62,206 nucleotides of DNA. Origin: Magnetococcales bacterium DCbin2. GTDB taxonomy: Bacteria > Pseudomonadota > Magnetococcia > Magnetococcales > UBA8363. The translations under genes and the position numbers were made by a program. Of the stretch, positions 21,801 through 33,800 are shown piece after piece. Below the pieces are notes generated by a model that had not been told where the DNA came from, did not search any database, and worked only from the letters and a program-made list of their open reading frames with translations. The stretch covers positions 1 through 62,206 of the forward strand of contig PEAO01000004.1 of assembly GCA_002753615.1 (NCBI GenBank), read 5' to 3'. Within the stretch, counting starts at the first letter, position 1. Each line of letters starts with the position of its first letter.

Positions 21801-24800
21801 ATGGTATCGGCATTCTGGGTGATATGGCCTCCCAATGCGGGGGTGTTCAGGGTCACGTCATAGTCAAAGGTGGCGGTTCCGCCAGATTGACCGATGGTCA
21901 CCGTATGCGAGCCATGGGAAAGACCAAAGATGACATCTCCCAAACCACCCGATTGCAGATGGTCCAACTCCGTTTGATCCAGGTGAAACACGCCAGCCGC
22001 TCCGGTCCCAAGACCGATAGAAGTTGTCGCCGTCAATGGCAAGAGGCGGATGGTTCCCGCCACTCCGGTGGCGATATCACTGTTGATAGCGACCTGTTCG
22101 GCGTTCAGCACCACATCACCATCGCCGGTACCGAGGAAACCGTTGACGGTCAGGACTTTCGCGGTCCCCGAAGTCAGGTTGATTTCCCCCGTCCCGGTGG
22201 TGGTCAATCCGACGCCAGCGACATGGTTGATGGTGATGTCGCCACCGGCATCGAGGGTAATATCCTCCCCTGCCAGGGAGTCGATATGGGTTGTGGTCAG
22301 GTTCCCCCCCGCTTGCAGGGTGACCAGACCGGAACGGGCGGTGATGGTGGCACTGGAAATATCGGCAGCGGCATGAACATCGACAGTGCCATGCAACACA
22401 TCCAGATTGGTCAGGCCAATGGAACTGGTTTCGTCAATCGTGACGTTACCCACTTCCGAAGTCGTGATGCTGGCACTCGCCAGGTTTCCCGCAACGGTTA
22501 CCGCTCCGGCGGCGATTGCCGTCAATTGATCACCCTGGATAGCATCGACCACAACGGAACCGGCACTGGTGAGGTTGATATCTCCAGAAGTGGAGGCATT
22601 CAGGATACCCAACGTCATTGATCCGCCCGCAGTCGTGGTCAGGGTAATGTCATTACTATCGGAATTGGTCAATGATTGAATCTTATCGACGTTCATCAAC
22701 CCGGCTGCGCTCAGGGTAACTGCACCATGGGCGGTGATGACCTCGTGGACATCAAGAGTGCGATCATTCACAACAGTCACGTTGCCTGCGGCGATGGTGG
22801 TGACATCAAGCGTACTGACACTGGCCTGGATAGTGACCGACCCACCGGCAGTTACATGCAGTTCATCGCCGGTGGCCTGTGTTCCCACGGTGATGGCCCC
22901 ATTGGCCGTTTCCAAAGTGATATCACCCAGGGTTCCCGCATTGAGTGCCGTGGCGTTGATAGCCCCAGAGGTCGTTTTGATCGTGATGTCATGGGTATCG
23001 CTGTTGGTCCCCAGAGTCAGGTTGGTGATAGTTAGTGTTCCCCCGGCGGTGACGTTGGCTGCACCATCATGCACGGTCGCCGACAGGGTGGCAGAATTCA
23101 ACTCATCGATGGTGAGATCGCCGACCCCATTCTGGGTTATGGTCATGACACCGGCATCGGTTGCCATGCGCAAAGGACCATCACCCAAAGTGACATTTAA
23201 GGTATTGGCGGTCATGCGACCACTGGTTTCCAGGTTGCTGGTCGCATTGAGAGTCATGGAGCCGGTTCCGACATTGACCGCATCGGCGAACAGGATTTCA
23301 TGGGCGTTCATGACAATGTTACGGCTATCAAAATCGGGCAGTGCCACCACGGTGATGACCCCGGTGGCGGTCAGGTTGATATTCCCCTGATGTCCGGTTA
23401 CCAACATCAGCAGATAATCGCCCACCACGTTGGCGTTCAGATCACCGAAGGTGGTGTCATAACTCACCGTAGGGGTGACGGTGAGAACCGAGCCAATATC
23501 GAAAGCATCGAAGGGTAAAGCGGTCCCCGATTCCACGGTGACGCGATAACCAAAGACATCGATGCCATCATCTTTCCGACCCGTCGGTTCCACGATGGTC
23601 CCCGTGGCTGCATCCAAGGTGACACTGGCGGCGGTTTTGTAGGATCCTACCGAACTACCCGCTTCCACCCGGTCTACGTAGATGTTGGCCCCGGCATTCA
23701 AAGTAATACTGGCAGCGGCGGTATCGTTGACGGTGGTGACGTTGGTGGCGGTCAGATCGAGACCCGCTGTGACGGTGATGGCACCGCCGGTAGAGACCAC
23801 GTTCACCAAGTCTACATTGTCGGCTTCATTGATGCTGATGGCACCGGAGGCCGTTGCCGCGATGGTGTTGGCATTGGTATTCAAGGTGATGGTGTTGGCG
23901 GTTGCGTCCAACGCATCGGAAATAAAGACCGAACTGGCACTGGCGTTGATGGTGGTGCCGCTGATAGCGGTGGTTTGGGCGGCGCGATAGATCCCCGAAT
24001 TGATGGTCAGATTGCCATCACTGTGGAGCAACAGGTTTTGCGGCGCACTCCCTGGCGTTAATCCGGCGATAGACCCAGACAGAGTAAAATCGTTGGTCAC
24101 ATCGATGGTCACATCGCGGGTAGCGGCAACCTTGAGTTTGGTTGCGTTCAAGCTTGCGACTTCCACATAGATATCGCCACCCTGATCCACCAATTGCACG
24201 GGCGTCAGGCGGGCCTTGATGGTGGCATCGACTAGTTCGGTATAGGTGGGACCATAATCATCGATCCCTTCCAGGTAATATTTATTGCTTCCAAGGTTAT
24301 AGAGATATTGAATATTGGTGTTGGGATCCACAGTGACACGCATTCCCGACACGTCATCCATCACCGAGTTGATGATGGGGGTATCGGCCCGTGCCGTAAG
24401 GCTCACCTCGCCGATAGCGGCGGCAGAGCCACTGGTCAGGGTTCCATAGACCAGGACGTTGCTACCCGAAGAAAGCTTGATTTTGTCAGCGGCAGTCAGG
24501 GTATCGTCCGCGTCGATGGTGAGAATCGAACCAGAGTCCAGGATAATCTGACTGGCGGCCAGGTTGACCGGGGCGTCGGGCAATACCAACTGGGCACCGG
24601 CATGTATCTCAATCAATGAGGAGGCGTTGTACAGTTTTTCCAAGGTCAGGACGCCATGGGCATTCAACACATAACCGGCACCAAAGCCCAGGGCATCACC
24701 GGCACCCGGTTCAGCGATGGCGATGTTACCTGCGGCACTGGTTAAGGTCAGCAGGTCGGTTGCTCCGAGGGCATAGGCACCCGACACCACCATCCCTTGT

Positions 24801-27800
24801 TGCGCCTCCAAAGTGACGGCACCAGCAAAGCTTTTGACATGGGTGACCGCCAAGCCACGCACCAACTCGCCATAGCCGTCGGTATCGCTCAACAGGATAT
24901 CACCCGTCGCACTTTCCACATCCAAAAGGATGTTGGCAGCCAGTTCAAGATTGGCAATGTCCCCCCCCGCATACAGGGTAACTTCATCGGCGATCAGGTC
25001 CACATCCGCATCGGTGCCATATTCCAGGATGGATCCACCAGCGGTCATGATGACATCGCTTTGAGAAGTCCGGTCTTGGGCAGCAGCAATGTTGGTGGCA
25101 AAATAGTCCCCAGCCTTGACGTGACCCATTTCAATATTTCCGGCTGCGGTCACGGTGAGATCATTGCTGTCACGGTTGGTTCCCAGCACAACCTTTTTCA
25201 GCACGACATCGCCATAGGCATCCATCACGTTGAGAGAACCGCTTTGAATGAACACATCATCCAGGACAAACAGATCGGCATCAGGGGCGGTCAAGATGAT
25301 ATCGCCGTCAGAGCGGCTTTCCAACAAAAGCTTATTGACATCGGGAGTTAAATTGACATGGCTTTCCACCGTGACATCCAACACATCGGCCCGCAAAGGA
25401 TTGGCATTACGTTCTCGAATCGCCCCGCCAATGTCCAGAGTGATATCACCCAAACCATTCAAACCTGTCGCAAGGGTTGTATAAACCAGATCGGCACTCT
25501 TGCCACCCGTGCCATCCATATCATAGGTGGTGATGAGAATATCATTGCCGTCATCCAACCCTTCCGCTTCCATCCGGGTGGCGGTGACATCGCCGAAAGC
25601 GGTCACGGCAATTTGACCATCGCCAGTGACCATCTGAGTGGCAATGACACTGCCATCGACCCAGACCGAAATATCACCCGCATCGGTGGTCGCTTGTTCG
25701 ATAGTCATGTTGGAGCGGCCCACCAGGGTGATATCACCCGATAGCCCGGTCACCTGCGCAACCAACTGATCCGCATCCACGGTCAGGCGAATGCCTTCTG
25801 CGGCCATGGCGGTGATCTTGGCAGCGGTCAATGTCCCACTACTGTGGGTAATATTTCCGGCGGCAGCCACCAAGTTCATAGAGCCATCGGTCTGCATGAC
25901 ACCGTTATCGAGAGTGATGTGACCTGCCAACTCGCCGGCGGTCAAAACCAGGGCATTGGTCGTGTTGGACGATACGGTGATATCGGTATAAATGCCGCCG
26001 ACGATGGAACCACTTTGTCCACCCCCTTGTCCCGCCAGAAGTGCAGTCGTTTCACCGGAGGAGATGGTACCGTCGATACCCAACAGCGTTGCCGCACTGA
26101 GTAAGACATCCGCGTCAGCGGTCATCACCCCTTCAGCCCTCAAGGCACGACCCGACTCCATGGTGAAATCGCCGTCACTGTTAGTCTCCGAGGAACGGGC
26201 AAACGTAATATCCGAACCCGCCGTCACCAGGATGTTGCCACCGACGTTAATTTTGGAATAAGCGGCGATGGTATCGGGATCGACCCCATCGGGAATCATC
26301 CCTTCGTGGGTCACTGCGCCATCGGCGGTAATGGTCAGGTCGGAAGAGTCTCCCTGGACGTTGATGAGACTGCTGATATAAACGTCGGAACCGCTGGCAA
26401 TATTCAAACTCCCCTGGGTCAGGACCGAAACATTTTCAAATGCGGCAAAGGGGCGGGGCGGCTGATCATCTTCCAGGCGTACCGTCTCGATCACAGTCTG
26501 CTGCTCGACAATGGGTACTGTTTCCCACAGAGTAACAACCTTTTCTTCCACAATTTTGACATCGGCCTCGTAGGTTTCATAAATCGGCCTGTTATCCCAA
26601 ATATCATAGTCCTGACTGACCCACTCATAAGCCAAGCTTTGGCGTTTATCGACAACATTGGTCCAGGTACTGGTCCAATTATAAAGGTAGTCGTGAAATG
26701 TTTCCGTGATGGTGACATCTTGGAGCCAATACGGCTCGTGCTGGATCACAAAGGCAAAAGACCCCGCTGACTCTGAATAGTCAGTACCGTTCTTGTTTTG
26801 TGTTGTCCAATAGGAATAATCATTCCAAGTCCCATTGGAATACATGACATAGAATTCTTCGTCACCACCAGAGTTACTAGGTTCTCCAGAATTCCAGTTG
26901 GAATACGCTTCATCCCAATTGACCCATTGCAGATCCCACTGATCCAACCCTGTTGTTCCATAAGCTGGTCCCCAACTTGAGGAGCCGGAATGTTCAAAAA
27001 TATTGATCCATATCTCATTACCTCCGGCAGCATTTTTGATGGCCGTATTCTGGGCTGAGGATCCTGGGAGGGCCAAAAAGGTATCGGCACCACCAAGATG
27101 GGAGAGTACAATGGCACCAGCGGGGGCACTTCGATCGTTGGATGCCCAATTGACGGCATTCACAAACCATTTGTTCGTGGAGATAAACTCATAATCTCTG
27201 GGGTGATAGGACCACTCTTTACCAACAGCGACACTACTGGTTGCCTGATTTGACAATTTGTTGACAGCAGCCATCATATCCATGAAACCATCACGAGCAA
27301 CGATGAATTGATTGGAATTATCACTATCATCGTCATATCCCGTTTCCCAGGTACCCGAAGATGACCAAAATGGTGCCTGATCGTATTTTGCACTACTACC
27401 GCCGGTACGCCCGTCGTAAACCTCATACTCCCTCTGACCATTGCCATTATAATCCACCGACCAACGGATGGGTGAACTATCAAGATCGGTTGTGGTTAGA
27501 TTCCGACTTGGAGTGCTATCCTCTCCACTGTAAGGGAGGGGTTCAGAACCGGTGAATGTTTTATTGGAAGCGGTATAGGCCGACTTATCCTGGTTGTAGT
27601 AGACATCGGCATGTTCCCGGTACCGACCCACAATCTCATACCAAGTGCCAGGGGTCCACCAATTGGTATCAGCCGCTTTGGGGGTGTTGATGGGGGAGGC
27701 AAGGCCACCTTGGGAGACTACCCGCAACACGTCCGCCTGTGCCCCTGTAGGCATTTGGATGTATTTATCTTTCCACCCGTCCACATTGACGTTATAGATG

Positions 27801-30800
27801 GAATTGCCCTGGCCTGCCCAGGTTGGTGTCCAGGTGGTCTGGGTGGTGACGCCATTCAGAGTTTTATGGAGAACTGGATTGGAGTAAGTAAAATTGTAAA
27901 TGGGTTTGTAGCCCAAGGTGTCCAGCACCGCCTGCCGATGGGCATCGGTAGGGAGATCAAAGAAGGTGGTGTTGTTGATGGGGGCGGTGAGACCAAAAGC
28001 GGCCCAGTCGATGATCGGACCACTACCCACAGGATTGGGGGTCGCGGCGATTTGGGCATTTCTTTCGGCAGCAGAGTTGAAATAGTCCACCTTGTTGACA
28101 AAATATTCCCGCGTTTTATTACCCACCGGGTTGTAATACCCATCCTGGGATAGAATCACATCCATGGTGTGCCATTCACGGCCCACTTTGACCTCGACCG
28201 AACCCACCTCTTCGGTCACAACGGTACTCTGCCAATACACCTCCGGCACCACGATGAAACCGGCATCCAATTCCTGATAGCCGGTCACGACATCGATGGT
28301 CAACGCACGGGTGGTGAGGATAGGGGATTGCAGGACCAGGGTACCATCCTGTTGTTGCGGGGCGGCGGCGATGATGACATCACCACCGGCGATCAAGTCC
28401 ACATCCCCAGGAGAGGCCAACTGGCCGGTACCCGATACCCACACCATGCCGCCGGTGAGGTCGGCCACCGTCATGGCATTCAACAAGCGTGCTTCATCCC
28501 AACTGCCAGAAACACCGGCATGAACGGTGATGGTATCACCCGAGGTGACATTGCCCGAAACCATCGCCTGGTTGGTGGCGTTCATAAGGATGCGGCCATC
28601 ATCTTCAAAGGTAGTCACTTCGCCATCTACCCGGATGTTGGCCCCAACCAAGTGAATGGACTCCTGAGCCTCAACCACACCGTCGTTGCTGTTGGCCCCG
28701 CCGGAGGCGATAAACACATTGGCATCGGACATCAGGGTGATGGTGGAATCATCACCACGGGTTTTGATGATACCTCCCGGCATGAGGTTAACCCCCTCCT
28801 GACCAATCATCCGCAGGGTGTTGGTAGCTTCCACCCGCCCCGTCACGGTCACTTCACCCTCTGCCGAAACGGTTACTTTTGCCGTTTGTACCCCTAATCC
28901 TCCCCCTGGCAAGGTATCGAGGCGGGAAACGGTCCCTCCGAGGAAGATATCGTCGCCAGCCGCCAGGGCTATGGTGCCACCCGCCCCGGTATCCAAGACG
29001 CCGCCCGATTCGTATACCGGCAGTCCGCCAAATATCGGGGCTGCACTGGGGTTACCCGCTTCATCCACAAAAGCACCGTCGGCATCGATCAGGTTGCCAT
29101 TGGTGTCGATGGTGCGGTTTTGCGCATCCAGCAATAAACCGGACCCATTGGTGACATAAATAATCGTATTCACCATAAGACCGGCTCCATCGGCATTGAC
29201 CCCACCGGTCAAAGTGAGCCGATTGTCGGCAAACACCGTTCCATCGACAAAGACCATCTCTTCCGAGGTGACCGTCACATTGGCCCCCTCATCACGGGCA
29301 GCCACCAACCCGCGCAACTGCACGTCGCGGTCGGCAGTAATGGTGATGTGATGGGGTTTATTGGAGGGTGGCGTCACGATCCCACCGGCACTGGCGTCGC
29401 TTAAAATCGAAGAGGCGGCGGTCATCCCCATAGCGGGGGCATGAATACCACCCTCCACGGTGATACGAATATCTCCAGTTGCCTGGATGGAGCCGCCCAT
29501 TTCCGCTTCATCCCCGTCACCGTTGATGCCGGTGCCACCGATAGCCAGGGTATCTTGCACCGTCAGGGTGACATCGACACCATCCCCCTGCCAAACGGCG
29601 GCATTGTCGGCGTCGGTATTGGTTCCGCCCAATACCGAACCGATGAGGCTCATGGAGGCGGCGTTCATGGTGATGGTGCTGTCATCACCAAAGGTCATGA
29701 CCCGCGCACCGCTACGAACAGTAATCAGGTCTGCCGCTGTCATGGCAACCGCCTGGGCTGCCCGCAAGGTACCGCCGGTTTCATAGGCTTGCCCATCGGG
29801 GAGAACCGCATGATCCAAGGCGGTCCCTTCCCGACCCAGGGTGATCGTACCACCCGATTCCAAGACGATACGTTGCCCCGGATCAGCCGCCTCGATTTCA
29901 CCACTGAAAATATCAATGCTGGTGGCGGAAGCGATTTTCAACGATCCCGCCATTTGAATGTCACCGCTCACCGATACCGGCCCGGCAACATCAATCAATA
30001 CCTCAAAATCATTCGGATTGACGGTAGCCTGGGTATTGATGACCGAACCTTGGATATCGACCCCATGGCCAGCAAGCCGAATCATGACGTTGGATTCAAT
30101 ACGGCCCGATTCCCGCTCCACCACGACATCACCCGCCGTGGAACGGATATTGATCATCCGAAGATCGGCACTACCCATCCCGATGGCACTGTTGATTTCC
30201 ACATCATTCAAGCCATTGATGAGGATTTCCCCACCAGTTCCGGTGGTGGACATGATACTGGTCCCCTCGGTGCGGATGGCGTAGGCATTGGGATTGACAT
30301 GGGTTCCTGCCGCAAGGGAAATCTGGTCATCGGCGGTCAGAGAACCATGCAGGGTCAAAGAATCTTCGGCGGTGATGATAATATCGGAACCGGTACCCCC
30401 GGCGATGATATCCCCACGCAGAACCGCATTTTTCCCGGCATTGAAGGCGATGCTGCCATCGATGGTTTCCAACTGTCCGGTCCAACCCAGATCGATATCG
30501 GTACCATCTGATGATGGGCCGGAATACATGTTGATACGACTGTGGGCCAATATCTTGCCCCGAATATCCAGTTTGCCATTGGGGCCATCGGGAGAGCCGA
30601 TGTTGATGATGGAACCTTCACCCGGTGCCTTGAGCATATAAGGGAGCGACGATGCGAGATCGGCATTCAGGTCTACATAACCCAGGAGATCGGCATTGAC
30701 CGACGTTGCCAGCAACTGGAACTTGTAGGGGCTGGTAAGATTGATCTGACCATCGCGCAATTTGGCTTTAAAATCGGGGTCGTTGGTCGGATCCGCCGTG

Positions 30801-33800
30801 GTATAGGTGGCACCCACGGTCCAATCGGCGTTATCGGAACGGACCACGGTAAATTCACCCGCATCGAGTGCCGCTTGAATATCGGCCAGAAGATGGGCGT
30901 TTTGGGTGTTGTCGGCGGTATCGGCAGCATGAATGATGATCTGGCCGCGAACTTCAAAATCAACCTTGTCGAGGAAGATATCCAGGGTCACATCCTGGCT
31001 GAGTTGACCATTGGCATATTCAATCCAATCGTTGGCCCGTATTTCGTTGGTATGGGCTGGGGCATAAAGCAACACTGGACCCGGAGCGTTCAGGTTGATG
31101 GATGAATTGTCCGACCATGTGGATAGTTGTGCCGAGCCTTGCAGGATCATCCCTGGGGCGTTGACATCTTCGGGGACGCCACCGCCATGAAAGGTGATCT
31201 CCTTGCCTGCCGCCAACTCCAAACCGAGTTCAATGACCCGTTCGGCATTGACAATCAAAGTTGATTCCCCGCCGTGGGCCACCTTTTTACGTCCCTGGTA
31301 GGTTCCATCGGGGTCACGGACATCCTCAACGTGGCCACCCGACAGCAATAATCCCAGAATATAAGCATCTCCCGTAGCATTGACGGTGATATTGCCATCG
31401 GCATTGTCGGTGACCAGTTCGCTGGCCCCGGAAATTTTCACCCCAGCGGTTTCACCCAGCCCCAAGGGGACACCACCCGTCACGGTGATCGCCTGGGTTG
31501 TTTTCAGATACCCCCCTGTTTCCACCAAGGAACCATCGCGGGCGGTGGTGATGCCGCCGATCCAGGCTTGTCCCCCAACATCCACCTCAATCGTGGAATT
31601 GGTAGCGTTCCATGTGGTGGTTTCGCTCTCAAGGTTGCCGTTGACATCGAAGGTCTGGGTGACGTTACCCCCGGAGGTAACCCGACCCATAATCTGCATG
31701 TCGTCGGTGGCACCCAAACGGATCCGGGCACCCGAACCGTCACTGGTCAACCCCGCCGCCATGGCACCACCGGCGGTATTCATGATGAACCCAAGGCCAT
31801 CATCTCCGTCACTGGCAACACCGCCGTGCAGATCGACCGATTTGGCCGCAACCATGGCTGCATCAACATATAGCTGCCCACCTGCGGTAACGTGTATTGT
31901 AGAATCGGGTCCAGCAAAGGTAACCCCATGTTCACCGATGGAACCACCGGCGACCAGATCGCCGTACAAGAGAATATCTTCGGCCCCCGTGATGGAAATA
32001 TCGGTCCCCGCCCCCTTGGTGACCAACCGGGTGGTCGCATGGACATACACACTGTCACCCAGACCATTGGCACCATCGGCGGTGACGGCAATATTGCCAT
32101 CAACATCGAAGGAGCCTTCCAGATACGTCCATCGATCCGAATGAATACTCAGATCGGAACCATCGCCATAGAGCTTGATATTGCCACGAATGATCAGGTC
32201 ATCCTGGCTTGTGAGAACCAGATTTTGGTTATCCCCCAACGTCAGGAGGGTGCCGGTCAACAGGAGACCATAGCCATCGCTGTGGGTTTTCAAGTAATGG
32301 GGGATGGTTTCTACCACATTACCATCGGCATCCCGAACCACTTTATCGGGGATGGTGGAAAAATAATCGAGGTGCGGATGCAGCGAACCGTTGCTTTGGG
32401 TATTGATATTCAGCGACGCGCTCAAGGAACCACCCAGGAGCATTTCACTGCCGGAGGTCAGATGAATCGAACTGTTGGCCCCGGTCATGACCGGTATGGG
32501 GGTGGCACCCTCGTAAGTGAAATCGACACCTGCCATCATGGCCGAGCCGGAATTGACATGCATAAACGTTGCAGCGTTGACATCAATATCGGTGTTGGCC
32601 CCAAACGCCGCCAAGGCACCTCCCTCCATAAGATGGAACGCCGCCCCGGTATCGACATCGATGGAAGAATAGGCCCCCTTGGCTTCGATATAGGAGCCGA
32701 CCCGCGCCGCCTGATCGGTGGTGAGGGTGATGGTCGAGTGGGCGTTGGCTGTCTCGATGATGGCCCCGGTGGAGCTGATGAAACTGTAAGGCTCTTCCCA
32801 TGCATCGGCCCACACCACGGTAGTGTCACCTGTCGTTCCGGCAACATCGATGTCAATGGAATCTTTCGCCTTGATCCACCCGGCGACAATCATCTGTTCG
32901 CCAATGTCAAAGGCGATGGTTTGGGCACTGACGCCGGAATCCGGCCCCGAATCGGGCATATGGAGGTTGGCAATATTGACCTGTAACAAGTCTGCGGAAA
33001 AATCGACATCGTTGCCGGTCGCCTGAAGGTCACCACGGATAAAAATTTCGTCCGCCTTGAAGCTGACATCATCGCGGAAGGTGGAATCCCAACCATGGCT
33101 GGTCCCCAGGAGCTTGATGGGGGAGGTCAGCAGGGTATCGCCGATGGTCATGGCGTTGCCATCTTCCCGGCGTCCGATAGTGACATGATTGAAACCGTCG
33201 GTCAGTGCGGCCAGATCGCGGGTAGAGAGTTCCTGGGCACCCGTCCTCTGGGGGGCGAAATAATAGGGCCAGTCGATCCCGGTCAAGGGATACATAGCGC
33301 GATTGGCATCATCTCCCGCCGCATTTTCCGCCGCCGAGCCGATTCGATATTCCCACACCGCCTGATTGGCTTGAAACACCAAGTTGCCGGAGGCGGTCAC
33401 CCGATGCGCACCCGACATAAAATCAATGTCATCCATGGTAAACGTCAGGTCAGACCCGGTATCCAAGGCATGGATATCCCCCGAAACCAGGGTGGTGCGG
33501 GCATTGAGTCCGGTCAAGCGCAGATAGAGATCACCACCGCCGATTTCAATGGCATGGTCTTTTTTGCCACTTTGCACGATCGAACGCCAGGGCGCGGTCG
33601 CGGTATCGTCCCATTCCATGTCCCATTCCCAGCCATTCTCCGGTGGTGTGGCCAAGATTTGCAGATTGGGGTTAACCCGATGGGTCAAGGTTTTTTCCAC
33701 AATCAGGTTGAGATCATCCTCTTCGGTAATGGCCACGTCACCCCGTCCAGCATCGGAGGTCATGACGGTCAATTCCGCAACCCGTGTGAGAAGTGGGGTG

